A model generated the notes under the pieces. That model was given only the letters and a program-made list of their open reading frames with translations. It searched no databases and was not told the origin of the DNA. The translations under genes were made by a program, and so were the position numbers. Positions 20,761 through 30,265 of a stretch of DNA of 64,000 bases are shown in pieces. Source of the stretch: Actinomycetota bacterium (GTDB lineage Bacteria > Actinomycetota > Actinomycetes > S36-B12). Location of the stretch: the NCBI GenBank assembly GCA_029977425.1, contig JAPOKX010000001.1, positions 11,813 to 75,812 on the forward strand, read 5' to 3'. The stretch's first letter is position 1. Every line of letters starts with the position of its first letter.

Positions 20761-21900
20761 ATGGCGTCCACCCCTCCAGGCTCCGGGCACGGCACACCTG
20801 CGACCGAGGTGCGCGAGCGGCTCTCCCGCGCGGCGCGCCTGGCTGCGGATGCGGGCTGGGATGCGCTCCTCATCACCCCCGGCCCGGACCTGCGCTATCT
20901 CGTGGGCTACGACGCGGTCCCGCTCGAGCGCCTCACCTGCCTCGTCGTGCCGGCTTCGGGTGATCCCGTCCTGGTGGCCCCGCTCCTGGAGAGGCCCGCA
21001 GCCGCCGCGAGCCCGGTCGGCGGTGCCGGCATCGACATTCGCACCTGGGGCGAGACGGATGACCCCTATCGCCTCGTTGCCGACCTGCTCCCCGGCTCGA
21101 GTCGCGTGGGCGTCGACGATCACATGTGGGCCGTGAAGGCGCTGAGCCTGCGCGCGGCGATGCCCGCTGCCGAGCAGTACGCCGCGGGGGCCGTGCTCTC
21201 GCACATGCGCATGCGCAAGTCACCGGATGAGGTCGCCGCGCTGATGGGCGCCGGCCGAGCCATCGACGAGGTGCACGCGGCAGTCCCGTCCCTGCTGCGC
21301 CCCGGGAGGACGGAGCGTGAAGTCGGACGTGACATCGCTGCACTGATCCTCGAGACGGGTCACGTCACGGCGGACTTTGTCATCGTGGCATCGGGACCGA
21401 ACGGCGCAAGTCCCCACCACGAGGTGTCCGACCGCGTGCTGCAGGTCGGGGACGCGATCGTGGTCGACATCGGTGGGACCATGCCGGACGGCTACTGCAG
21501 CGACGAGACGCGTACCTATGCGCTGGGCGACCCGGGCGAGGACTACCTCCGTGCCTACGCGGTGCTCCAGCAGGCGCAGCGCGCGGCCTGGGAGGCGGTG
21601 CGGCCAGGCGTGACCTGCGAGAGCATCGACGCCGTCGCTCGGGACCGCCTCGAGGCCGACGGCCTCGGCCAGCTGTTCATCCACCGCACGGGGCACGGGA
21701 TCGGACTGGAGACGCATGAGGAGCCCTACATCGTCAGCGGCAACACGCTGCCGCTCGAGGAGGGTATGACCTTCAGTGTCGAGCCGGGCTTCTACGCCGA
21801 AGGGCGCTGGGGCGCGCGCATCGAGGACATCGTGGCGTGCGGGGGAGACGGCCCGGTGCTGCTGAACCACCGTCCACGCGATCTCGTGGTCGTGGACTGA
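20761..21900 (+). CDS. M24-family Xaa-Pro dipeptidase/aminopeptidase P
   Basis: 379 aa. It has a creatinase-like N-terminal domain and the metal-ligand motifs VVDIGG, HRTGHGIGLETHEEP and FSVEPG. Confidence 0.85.
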   Translation: MASTPPGSGHGTPATEVRERLSRAARLAADAGWDALLITPGPDLRYLVGYDAVPLERLTCLVVPASGDPVLVAPLLERPAAAASPVGGAGIDIRTWGETDDPYRLVADLLPGSSRVGVDDHMWAVKALSLRAAMPAAEQYAAGAVLSHMRMRKSPDEVAALMGAGRAIDEVHAAVPSLLRPGRTEREVGRDIAALILETGHVTADFVIVASGPNGASPHHEVSDRVLQVGDAIVVDIGGTMPDGYCSDETRTYALGDPGEDYLRAYAVLQQAQRAAWEAVRPGVTCESIDAVARDRLEADGLGQLFIHRTGHGIGLETHEEPYIVSGNTLPLEEGMTFSVEPGFYAEGRWGARIEDIVACGGDGPVLLNHRPRDLVVVD

Positions 21901-21909
21901 GGAGGGGCA

Positions 21910-23058
21910 GTGGAGGTCACGCGTCTGCTGCCGAGCGAGGAGGCCGAGGACCTGCTCGCACTGGCGCGGGAGATTGCGGCTGCCGAGCTCACCCCGCGTG
22001 CGTCGGCAGCCGAGGAGGAGGCCCGCTTCCCGCGCGAGGAACTGCGGGTGCTCGGTAGGGCCGGCCTCCTCTCCCTGCCCTTCCCGGAGGAAGTCGGGGG
22101 CGGCGGCCAGCCCTACGAGGTGTATCTGCAGGTGCTCGAGGAGCTCGCGCGATCGTGGCTCGCGGTCGGCATCAGCGTGAGCGTCCATGCACTCGCGTGC
22201 TTCCCGCTGGCGACCGCGGGGACCGATGAGCAGGTCGCGGAGTGGCTGCCGTGGATGCTGTCGGGGGAGACCCTCGGGGCCTACTGCCTCTCCGAGCAGC
22301 ACTCAGGTTCCGATGCCGCGGCCCTGTCCACGCGCGCGGTGCGCGAGGGCGATGCCTATCGCGTGACCGGCAGCAAGGCCTGGATCACGCACGGCGGAGT
22401 GGCTGACTTCTACAGCGTGATGGTGCGCACATCCGACGACGGCGCTCGTGGCATCAGCTGCCTGCTCATCCCGGGCGATGCCACCGGACTGTCATCGGCC
22501 GAGCCCGAGCGCAAGATGGGTGCGAACTCGTCACGGACCGCGGGCATCCACCTCGACGGCGTCTTGGTGGATGCGGGCCGGCTCATCGGTCGTGAGGGGC
22601 AGGGCTTCCCCATCGCCCTCGAAGCGCTGGACGCCGGTCGGCTCGGCATCGCCGCGTGCGCGGTGGGCCTGGCTCAGGCCGCCCTCGACGCTGCGCTGGA
22701 CTACGCCGGGCAGCGCGAGCAGTTCGGCCGCCCCATCGGTGAGTTCCAGGGGGTGGCGTTCGGCCTTGCCGACATGGCAGCCGCGGTGGCCGCGGCGCGT
22801 GCGCTTTACCTCGATGCTGCGCGCTTGCGCGACGCTGGGCTTCCCTTCGGCTCGCAGGCGGCCATGGCCAAGCTCGTCGCGACCGACACGGCGATGCGCG
22901 TCACGACTCAGGCCATCCAGGTCCACGGCGGATACGGGTACACCCGCGACTTCCCCGTCGAGCGATACTTCCGTGAGGCCAAGGTGCTGCAGATCGTCGA
23001 GGGCACCAATCAGATCCAGCGCATGGTGATCGGTCGAGCGCTCCTCGCCGGCGCATGA
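21910..23058 (+). CDS. Acyl-CoA dehydrogenase
   Basis: 382 aa with a GTG start. Carries CLSEQHSGSDAAAL and QVHGGYGYTRDFPVERYFREAKVLQIVEGTNQIQ. Confidence 0.9.
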   Translation: MEVTRLLPSEEAEDLLALAREIAAAELTPRASAAEEEARFPREELRVLGRAGLLSLPFPEEVGGGGQPYEVYLQVLEELARSWLAVGISVSVHALACFPLATAGTDEQVAEWLPWMLSGETLGAYCLSEQHSGSDAAALSTRAVREGDAYRVTGSKAWITHGGVADFYSVMVRTSDDGARGISCLLIPGDATGLSSAEPERKMGANSSRTAGIHLDGVLVDAGRLIGREGQGFPIALEALDAGRLGIAACAVGLAQAALDAALDYAGQREQFGRPIGEFQGVAFGLADMAAAVAAARALYLDAARLRDAGLPFGSQAAMAKLVATDTAMRVTTQAIQVHGGYGYTRDFPVERYFREAKVLQIVEGTNQIQRMVIGRALLAGA

Positions 23059-24680
23059 CCAGCGGTGCCGACGCCAGCCTGCTGCTCACGGGCGGTCACG
23101 TCTACTCGCCGGAAGATCCCTTCGCCAGCGCGATGCTCGTGGCAGGTGGACGGATCGCATGGATCGGCGATGACGCGGGCGCGCAGCTGTACGCCGCGGA
23201 CGCTCATGAGGTGGTGGACCTGCGCGGTGCGTGGGTCGCGCCCGCGTTCGTCGACGCGCATGTGCACCTGACGTCGACCGGGCTGGCGCTGACGGGGCTG
23301 GACCTGTCTGCGGCAGACAGCCTCGCGGCGTGCCTGCGCATGATCCGCGAGGCGGCCGCCGGCATGCCCGAGAGGGGCGGCATCCTGCTCGGCCATGGCT
23401 GGGACGACACCGCCTGGCCCGAGGGGCGACCACCGACCACCGCGGAGGTCGATGGCTGCGTCGGGGACCTGCCGGCGTACCTCTCCCGCGTGGACGTGCA
23501 CTCAGCCCTGGCCTCCACCGCACTCAGGGCCCAGGTGCCTTCCGCCGCAGCCGAGGACGGATGGTCGTCCGAGGGCCCGGTGGCGCGGGCGGCGCATCAC
23601 GCCCTGCGCGAGGCCGCTCTCAGGGCCGTGGATGCCCAGCAACGCGCGCGAGTTCAGCGAGCCGCACTGCATACCGCTGCCGCACGCGGGATCGCGAGCC
23701 TCCACGAGAACGCTGGCCCGACGATCAGCAGTGCCGAGGACCTGCTGGACGCGCTTGACCTCGGCCGCCAGGACTCGATGCCCGAGGTCATCGGCTACTG
23801 GGGGCAGCTCCACGGGCAGGAGGCGGTCCGTGACCTCGGGGCTCGGGGCGCGGCGGGCGACCTCTTCGTCGACGGCTCCATCGGCTCGCACACCGCATGC
23901 CTGTCGGCTCCCTACGTGGATGCGGACCCCGTCACGACAGGCGCGGCGTACCTCACGGCAGAGGACGTCGCCTCTCACGTGGCGGCATCGACGCTGGCGG
24001 GCCAGCAGGCGGGCTTCCACGTCATCGGCGACGGCGCGACGCGGATCGTGACGGACGGCCTTCGCCTGGCCGCCGCGGAGGTGGGGAGCGACGCGCTGCG
24101 TACGGCCCGTCATCGCCTCGAACACCTGGAGATGCCCGATGACGAGGGTCTTGCGCTCCTCGCGGACCTGGGCGTGGTCGCGAGCGTGCAACCGGCCTTC
24201 GACGCAGCCTGGGGTGGATCGCATGGCATGTACGCGCAGCGTCTCGGTGCCGAGCGGGCCGCCACGCTCAATCCCTTCGCGCCGATGCTCGCGCGCGGCG
24301 TGGTGCTCGCCCTCGGGTCCGATGCGCCCGTGACGCCGCTCGACCCGTGGGGGTCGGTGCGCGCCGCGGCGTGGCACACGCGCGAGGGCTATCGCATCAG
24401 CGTGCGCGCTGCCTTCGCTGCTCACACGCGTGGCGGCCGTCGCGCGGCCCGCGATGAGGGACGCCAGCCGGGGGTGCTCGCGGTAGGAAGCCCCGCGACA
24501 TATGCCGTGTGGGAGCCGGGTCCGCTCGTCGTGCAGGCACCGGACGGCCGCGTGGCGGCCTGGAGCACCGATCCGCGCTCCGGCACGCCGCCTTTGCCGG
24601 ATCTGTCCTCCGGAGCGCCTCAGTGCTGGCGCACCGTCCGAGACGGAGTGACGATCTACGACAGCGGCGACCTGACGTGA
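23055..24680 (+). CDS. Amidohydrolase-family metal-dependent hydrolase (YtcJ-like)
   Basis: 541 aa. Carries the FVDAHVHL HxH metal motif. ATGA overlap with the acyl-CoA dehydrogenase gene. Confidence 0.8.
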   Translation: MTSGADASLLLTGGHVYSPEDPFASAMLVAGGRIAWIGDDAGAQLYAADAHEVVDLRGAWVAPAFVDAHVHLTSTGLALTGLDLSAADSLAACLRMIREAAAGMPERGGILLGHGWDDTAWPEGRPPTTAEVDGCVGDLPAYLSRVDVHSALASTALRAQVPSAAAEDGWSSEGPVARAAHHALREAALRAVDAQQRARVQRAALHTAAARGIASLHENAGPTISSAEDLLDALDLGRQDSMPEVIGYWGQLHGQEAVRDLGARGAAGDLFVDGSIGSHTACLSAPYVDADPVTTGAAYLTAEDVASHVAASTLAGQQAGFHVIGDGATRIVTDGLRLAAAEVGSDALRTARHRLEHLEMPDDEGLALLADLGVVASVQPAFDAAWGGSHGMYAQRLGAERAATLNPFAPMLARGVVLALGSDAPVTPLDPWGSVRAAAWHTREGYRISVRAAFAAHTRGGRRAARDEGRQPGVLAVGSPATYAVWEPGPLVVQAPDGRVAAWSTDPRSGTPPLPDLSSGAPQCWRTVRDGVTIYDSGDLT

Positions 24681-26245
24681 CCTCGAGCGTCGTCTACCTG
24701 CGCGGCCTGGGCCTTCCCTGGCGCATCGTCCTGTCGATCGTCTCCGGCGTCCTGCTCGCGCTCGCCTTCCCGCCCGTGGGCGCATCCCTGCTGGCACCGG
24801 TAGCCGTGGCCCTGTTCGTCATCGCGACCTTCCGCACGACTGCGTGGCGCGGGGCACTGCTCGGCGCGATCCAGGGCCTGGTCTCGTTCGCCATCCTGAT
24901 CCGCTGGATGACGGTGGTCGGGGGAGACGCGTGGCTGTTGCTCGTCGGGCTGTGCGCCTTCTGGATCGCGATCGTCGGCGCGGGGCAGGCGCTGGTCACC
25001 CGGTTGCGCTGGTGGCCTCTGTGGGTGGCCTGCGTCTGGGTGCTCCAGGAAGCGCTCCGTGACCGCATCCCTCTCGGAGGCTTCCCGTGGGGTCGCCTCG
25101 CCTTCGCGCAGACCGCGACGACGCTCACGCCGTGGGCGGCGGTCGCCGGCGCGCCGGCCGTGACCTTCGCGACTGCGCTGGCCGGGGCGGTGCTCGCCTT
25201 CCTCGTGCTCGCCGCACTGGGGCGTGGGGCGGCATGGCGTGCCTGGGCGGCGGCAGCAGCGGGGGGACTCATCATCATCGCTCTCGCCGGCTTGCTCGTG
25301 CCCCGGCCCGTCGACGGCGAGACCCAGGGCGGACCGGCCACCACGGTGGCTGCCGTCATCCAGGGGGGAGTGCCGAGCACCGGGATGACCGTGGCCGACG
25401 AACGACGCGCGGTGCTCGAGCGTCACCTCGATCAGACACTGCGACTCGCGGAGGACGTCGCCGCGGGCACCGTGCCGGCGCCCGATGTCGTCATCTGGCC
25501 GGAGAACGCCGTCGACATCGATCCCTACGCCGACCGGGCGGTCGCCGATGAGATCACTGCCGCCGCACGCGCCGTGCAGGCCCCGATCCTGGTGGGAGCG
25601 ATCATCGATGCGCCGGGCGATCCGAGTCGCATCGCCAACGTCGGCATCGTCTGGGATCCCGAGACCGGTCCGGGCGACGTCTACCTCAAGCGCCATCCGG
25701 TGCCCTTCGGGGAGTACATCCCCTTCCGCTCGCTCATCGCCCCCGTCGTCGGCCGACTCGATCGAGTCCCGAGGGACATGGCCCCGGGCCAGGAGGCGGG
25801 AGTGCTTCAAGCCGGCCCCGTGGTCCTCGGCGACGTCATCTGCTTCGAGGTGGCCTACGACGAGGTGGTGCATGATGCGGTGACGGCGGGCGGTCGCATC
25901 CTCGTCGTTCAGACCAACAACGCCACCTTCGCGGGCCTCGGGCAGCCGGAGCAGCAGATCGCCATGTCGCGGTTGCGTGCAGTCGAGCACGGGCGGGCAG
26001 TCCTGGTGGCCGCGACGAGCGGGATCAGCGCGGTCATCTCGCCCGAAGGGGCCGTCGTCTCCGAGATCGGCGAGGCGAACGTCGGCGCCCTCGTCGAGAC
26101 CGTGGCGCTACGCGACACGCTCACCCTGGCTGACCGCGTGGGTCAGGTGCCCGAGTGGATCCTGGCGGCGCTGGGCTTCCTTGCCATGGTGTGGGCCTCC
26201 CTGCGGCACAGGGGCGTCGGCAACCCACGTCCGCTTGCCGCATAG
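24677..26245 (+). CDS. lnt: Apolipoprotein N-acyltransferase
   Basis: The start was trimmed to the GTG at 24677 (GTGA overlap). It has a multi-TM N-terminus and a CN-hydrolase domain with VVIWPENA, YLKRHPVPFGEY and VICFE. Confidence 0.85.
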   Translation: MTSSVVYLRGLGLPWRIVLSIVSGVLLALAFPPVGASLLAPVAVALFVIATFRTTAWRGALLGAIQGLVSFAILIRWMTVVGGDAWLLLVGLCAFWIAIVGAGQALVTRLRWWPLWVACVWVLQEALRDRIPLGGFPWGRLAFAQTATTLTPWAAVAGAPAVTFATALAGAVLAFLVLAALGRGAAWRAWAAAAAGGLIIIALAGLLVPRPVDGETQGGPATTVAAVIQGGVPSTGMTVADERRAVLERHLDQTLRLAEDVAAGTVPAPDVVIWPENAVDIDPYADRAVADEITAAARAVQAPILVGAIIDAPGDPSRIANVGIVWDPETGPGDVYLKRHPVPFGEYIPFRSLIAPVVGRLDRVPRDMAPGQEAGVLQAGPVVLGDVICFEVAYDEVVHDAVTAGGRILVVQTNNATFAGLGQPEQQIAMSRLRAVEHGRAVLVAATSGISAVISPEGAVVSEIGEANVGALVETVALRDTLTLADRVGQVPEWILAALGFLAMVWASLRHRGVGNPRPLAA

Positions 26246-26254
26246 GCTCGACCC

Positions 26255-26986
26255 GTGTCCGGAGGCGTTCTCGTCATCATCCCGACGTACAACGAGTCGG
26301 AGAGCCTCCCCGGCGTCCTCGAGCGCCTGAGGCACGCGGTGCCCGATGCGCATGTCCTGGTCGCCGACGACAACTCACCTGACGGCACCGGTGCCCTCGC
26401 GGATGCGCTGGCGGCGAAGGACGACCACATCCACGTGCTCCATCGCGCGGGCAAGGAGGGACTCGGGAAGGCCTATCTCGCCGGCTTCGCCTGGGGGCTC
26501 GAGCGCGGCTATGACGTGATCGTCGAGATGGATGCCGACGGGTCGCATCGACCGGAGGAACTGCCGCGCCTGCTGGCCCAGATCCCGCATGCCGACGTCG
26601 TCCTGGGATCGCGGTGGGTGCCGGGAGGGTCGGTCGTCAACTGGCCGGCGTCACGGCGCGTCCTCTCGCAGGGAGGCAGCCTCTACACGCGCCTGGCTCT
26701 CGGCATCCCGACACGCGACGCGACGGGTGGATACCGCGCCTATCGGGCGTCCGCGCTGCGGGCCCTTGATCTCGGCACGGTCGAATCCAATGGCTACTGC
26801 TTCCAGATCGATCTCCTCTGGCGAGCGCTGCAGCGCGGGCTCGTCGTGAGGGAGGTACCCATCACCTTCGTCGAGCGGGAGGCGGGCACGTCCAAGATGA
26901 GTGGTCGCATCGTGCGCGAAGCCCTCCTCAACGTGGCACGGTGGGGAGCCTCGTATCGATGGGGCCAGGTGAGCGGGCGGCGATGA
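26255..26986 (+). CDS. ppm1: Polyprenol monophosphomannose synthase (GT2)
   Basis: 243 aa. Carries [22 protein letters not shown] and MDADGSH. It lies directly after lnt. Confidence 0.9.
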   Translation: MSGGVLVIIPTYNESESLPGVLERLRHAVPDAHVLVADDNSPDGTGALADALAAKDDHIHVLHRAGKEGLGKAYLAGFAWGLERGYDVIVEMDADGSHRPEELPRLLAQIPHADVVLGSRWVPGGSVVNWPASRRVLSQGGSLYTRLALGIPTRDATGGYRAYRASALRALDLGTVESNGYCFQIDLLWRALQRGLVVREVPITFVEREAGTSKMSGRIVREALLNVARWGASYRWGQVSGRR

Positions 26987-26996
26987 GCGAGCGCCC

Positions 26997-27425
26997 GTGA
27001 TCCGGCGCTGGGGCTGCATCCTGCTGGTCGCCTACCCCATCGTCGAGATCGTCATCGCCGTTCTCGTGGCGCAGGTCATCGGCTGGTGGTGGCTGCTGGT
27101 CGCGGTTGTCGCATGCATCGTCCTGGGTCTCGGCCTCGTGCGCTACGCACTCAGCGCGACGGGCCGGTCCTTCGGTGTCGCGATCGCGACGCTCCAGGGC
27201 CCGGGGGAGACGGGCATGGTGACGATCGAGGGGCCGGACCGCGTGAGTCCCGCGCCACCCGCGCAGACACTGCTCATCGTCCCCGCGGGGCTGCTCATCG
27301 CGATCCCCGGGCTCCTCACCACGGCGCTTGGCCTCATCCTGTGGGTGCCCTTCGTGCGCGCCCGCATTGCCGCACGCATCGAGCGCGCGGCCCGCAGGCT
27401 AGGACCACCCGATATGACCGCCTAG
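26997..27425 (+). CDS. fxsA: FxsA-family membrane protein
   Basis: 142 aa with a GTG start. It has two N-terminal TM helices with a PIVEIVIAVLVAQVIGWW pattern. It sits next to lnt/ppm1, as the Rv2053c homolog does. Confidence 0.65.
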   Translation: MIRRWGCILLVAYPIVEIVIAVLVAQVIGWWWLLVAVVACIVLGLGLVRYALSATGRSFGVAIATLQGPGETGMVTIEGPDRVSPAPPAQTLLIVPAGLLIAIPGLLTTALGLILWVPFVRARIAARIERAARRLGPPDMTA

Positions 27426-27444
27426 CAGGCGGACGGGCCAGTGG

Positions 27445-27792
27445 CTAGGCGCTCTTGCGACGCTGATCGGCGTGAAGCAGGGCGAGCCGCTCGTCGAGCA
27501 GCTCCTCGAGATCGCGAATGGTGCGCCGCTCCATGAGCATGTCCCAGTGCGTGCGCGCGGGTCGCCCGGGAGCTTCCTCCGGGCGAGTTGCCGCACGCTG
27601 CAGCGCTTCGGCACCGCAGCGGCACTGCCACAGAACCGGAATCTCCTCGGCCTCGGTCGAGAAGGGGACGGTCGTCACGTGGCCACGCGGGCAATCGAAC
27701 GTCACCACGACACGCTCAGCCGGGACGACATGGTCGTCGTTCTCGTAACTGGTCGCACCCAGTCGGGTGCCCCGCAGGCTGCCCTCGGACAT
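27445..27792 (-). CDS. rbpA: RNA polymerase-binding protein RbpA
   Basis: The start was trimmed to MSEGSLRGTRLGATSYE. The rest reads TFDCPRGH...WQCRCG and ends in a basic/helical tail with RRTIRDLEELL. Confidence 0.9.
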   Translation of the reverse strand: MSEGSLRGTRLGATSYENDDHVVPAERVVVTFDCPRGHVTTVPFSTEAEEIPVLWQCRCGAEALQRAATRPEEAPGRPARTHWDMLMERRTIRDLEELLDERLALLHADQRRKSA

Positions 27793-27835
27793 GCTGCCTC
27801 CCGTCCTCACGTGGAGCGTGCGCTCTCGTCATGCT

Positions 27836-27863
27836 CAACGTCTCGGACGCGATGCGCGTTCCC
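27836..27863 (-). promoter_or_regulatory. Candidate ECF sigma (SigR/SigH-type) promoter of rbpA: GGGAAC-N18-GTTG
   Basis: The minus strand reads GGGAAC (27863-27858), then 18 nt, then GTTG (27839-27836), about 45 nt upstream of the rbpA ATG. This resembles the GGAAT/C-N18-GTT consensus. Confidence 0.35.
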
Positions 27864-27942
27864 GCGGTTCCTGGGAACTCCGTCAGGAGTCCGTGACCAC
27901 GGCGTGACCGATCGACCGATATGTCCGTTTATCGGATGCAGG

Positions 27943-28695
27943 CTACTCGGAGATGAGCGGGGACCAGTGCCGCTCCTCGAGGACTGCGCGGAGGACCCGG
28001 GGCGAATCCGTCATGATCCCGTCGACCCCGAGGTCGAGCAGCCGGCGCATCTCGCCGGGGTCGTCCACGGTCCAGACGTCCACGGCGAGCCCGATGCGAT
28101 GGGCACGCGCGAGGAAGCCCGGGTCCACGAGCGTGACTCCCAGGGCGCGCACGGGCACCTGCACGCGGGAGACGTGGGGGAGAGGCCGAGGTCGGGGGAG
28201 CGCCCATAGGTTCAGCACCTCCCACGGATGCGCTGACGACTCCGTCCCGGGAGGCATCAGGTGGCGGGCACGAGTGAGGCGACGCGCGGAGAACGACGTC
28301 ACGCAGACGCGAGACGCCGCGTTGCTCCGACGCACGGCTTCCGCGAGCGCGACGACCGATCCCTCTTCCTTGACGTCGACATTCACGTGCGCATCGGGCA
28401 GGTCTTCGAGGAGCTCCTCGAGTCGCAGGGGAGTGGAGCCATCGGCGAGCCGGACTGACCGGATCTGCCGCCATGTGTGGTCGCGGACCTTGCCCTTGCC
28501 GTCCGTCGTACGGCCCAGGTCGGCGTCATGGTGCAGCACGGCCACCCCGTCGCGGGTGGGTCGGACGTCCGTCTCAAGATGGGTGAATCCGAGTCCGGCG
28601 GCCTGGCGAAACGCCGTCATCGAGTTCTCGGTCGCCTCGCGAGCGCCGCCACGATGGGCATACGCGCGGAACGACGTCCCGGCGAACTCCTCCAT
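27943..28695 (-). CDS. Glycerophosphodiester phosphodiesterase (GDPD) family protein
   Basis: Carries YAHRGG, ENS and HLETDV motifs. The start is set at the ATG at 28695 (GGAGA upstream). An alternative ATG is at 28734. Confidence 0.8.
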   Translation of the reverse strand: MEEFAGTSFRAYAHRGGAREATENSMTAFRQAAGLGFTHLETDVRPTRDGVAVLHHDADLGRTTDGKGKVRDHTWRQIRSVRLADGSTPLRLEELLEDLPDAHVNVDVKEEGSVVALAEAVRRSNAASRVCVTSFSARRLTRARHLMPPGTESSAHPWEVLNLWALPRPRPLPHVSRVQVPVRALGVTLVDPGFLARAHRIGLAVDVWTVDDPGEMRRLLDLGVDGIMTDSPRVLRAVLEERHWSPLISE

Positions 28696-28800
28696 GCAGC
28701 CATTGTCTCCAGCCTTCGCCACCTCTGGGGTCATGGGTATGCGCGACGACTACCATCGAGTCACGTCCCGGCACGCTGCCGGCGCGGGAATCGAGGAGCG

Positions 28801-30243
28801 ATGACCACCGAGGCCACCCACACCACCCAGGCGAGCACTCCCAATCCCGTCACGTGGCCGGCACACGATCCCAGCACCTGGCGGACCCTGCCGGATGCGT
28901 ACACGCCCCTCGACCCGGACCGCGTCGAGACCCTCCTTGCCGCGGAGTGGGAGCGGTTCGCGTCCTCCACCCCGGAGTCCGGCGCACTGAGCGCTCGTTC
29001 GCGCCGCACGCTGCCCCTCGGCGTCCCGTCGTCCTTCCAGTACTGGGATCCGCATCCGGTGTCCGTGGTGTCGGCCAAGGGCGCCTGGCTCACCGACGTC
29101 GATGGTCGGCGCCTGCTCGACCTGTCCATGGGGTTCGGTGCGATGCTCGTCGGGCATCTCAACCCTGCCGTCGTCGCGGCCGTGCAGCAGGCGCTGCAGA
29201 CCGGCACGCTCTTCGTCACCCCGGCGCCGTCCGCGTCGGAGATGGCCGATCGCTACTGCGAGCGCTTCGACCTGGATCAGGTCCGCTTCGCCAACTCCGG
29301 CACCGAGGCCGACATGTACGCCGTGCGCGCCGCACGCGCCTACACCGGTCGCAAGGCGATCATCAAGATCGAGGGCGGCTACCACGGGGGATACGACGCC
29401 CTGTCCGTCTCGGTGAAGCCTGATCTGGACGAGGCTGGCCCTGAGGAGGCCCCGGTGGCCGTCGTGCCCTTCGAGGTCGAGGCCGGCACCGTCTATCCCG
29501 TGCCCTACAACGATCTTCAGCGCCTGGGGCAGATCCTCGAGCAGCACGGGCGGGACATCGCTGCCATCGTCATGGAACCGGTGCCCGAGAACATGGGCAT
29601 CGTCCTGCCGGACGCCGGCTACCTCGCCGGCGTGCGTGAGCTCTGCGACGCCCACGGCGTGCTCCTCGTCTTCGACGAGGTCAAGACCGGCCTCACGGCG
29701 GGCTACGGCGGCGCAGCCCAGCGCCTGGGCGTGAAGCCCGACCTCGTCACCCTCGCCAAGAGCATCGGCGGCGGCCTGCCGCTGGCGGCCTTCGGCGGCC
29801 GCGCCGAGGTGATGGCCACGGTCGTCGACGGCCGCATGCCGCACTTCGGCACCTACAACGGCAACCCGCTCGTCATGGCCGCCGCGGCGGCCGTCGACGA
29901 GGTGTGCACCCGGCAGGCCCTGGCCGCTGCCGAGGAGGTCAACGACAAGGCCCTCGAGGAGGCCGACCGCATCATCCGCGAGTACGCCCTCCCGGCCCAC
30001 ACCGTCGGCTTCGGGGTCAAGGGCGCCATCACCTGGTCGCCCACGCCGGTCCGGACCTACCGCGACTACAAGCGCACCGACTTCGGGGCGGCCGAGCTCA
30101 GCTGGCTGTGGGGCGTCAACCGCGGCGTCCTCACGCCTCCCGGACTCGACGAGCAGTGGCTCGTGTCGCTCGCGCACACCGACCAGGACATGGCCGTCCT
30201 CACGGGCGAGTTCGAGGACCTGGCCCGGGCGCTGCGCTCCTAG
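28801..30243 (+). CDS. Class-III (GSA-aminomutase-like) PLP-dependent aminotransferase
   Basis: The start was trimmed to the ATG at 28801 (GAGGAG upstream). Carries NSGTEADMYAVRAAR, VFDEVKTG and the LAKSIGGGLPLAAFGG PLP-Lys region. Confidence 0.85.
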   Translation: MTTEATHTTQASTPNPVTWPAHDPSTWRTLPDAYTPLDPDRVETLLAAEWERFASSTPESGALSARSRRTLPLGVPSSFQYWDPHPVSVVSAKGAWLTDVDGRRLLDLSMGFGAMLVGHLNPAVVAAVQQALQTGTLFVTPAPSASEMADRYCERFDLDQVRFANSGTEADMYAVRAARAYTGRKAIIKIEGGYHGGYDALSVSVKPDLDEAGPEEAPVAVVPFEVEAGTVYPVPYNDLQRLGQILEQHGRDIAAIVMEPVPENMGIVLPDAGYLAGVRELCDAHGVLLVFDEVKTGLTAGYGGAAQRLGVKPDLVTLAKSIGGGLPLAAFGGRAEVMATVVDGRMPHFGTYNGNPLVMAAAAAVDEVCTRQALAAAEEVNDKALEEADRIIREYALPAHTVGFGVKGAITWSPTPVRTYRDYKRTDFGAAELSWLWGVNRGVLTPPGLDEQWLVSLAHTDQDMAVLTGEFEDLARALRS

Positions 30244-30246
30244 GGC

Positions 30247-30257
30247 TTATCCGATAA
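30247..30257. promoter_or_regulatory. Perfect palindrome TTATCCGATAA directly upstream of the HAD-like gene
   Basis: An AT-rich 11-bp palindrome in the 22-bp gap before the ATG at 30266. It overlaps a TAACGT -10-like hexamer at 30255-30260. Confidence 0.3.
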
Positions 30258-30265
30258 CGTACATT

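Noticed and set aside
19747-21204. The full 485-aa version of the exonuclease ORF
   Set aside because: The N-terminal 166 codons run antisense through the M24 peptidase gene and carry no FEN motifs. The conserved exonuclease N-terminus (LLLDTASLYYRSYFALP) begins right after the GTG at 20706.
27914-27936. The hairpin CCGATA-N8-TATCGG just after the GDPD gene stop, as a terminator
   Set aside because: The stem is short at 6 bp, the loop is 8 nt and there is no U-tract. Part of it coincides with the TTATCGGAT half-site reported in the findings.
28750-30177. A 475-aa ORF antisense to the class-III aminotransferase
   Set aside because: It is a shadow ORF. The plus-strand frame carries the PLP-enzyme motifs, while the minus-strand product is low-complexity and rich in Arg, Gly and Asp.
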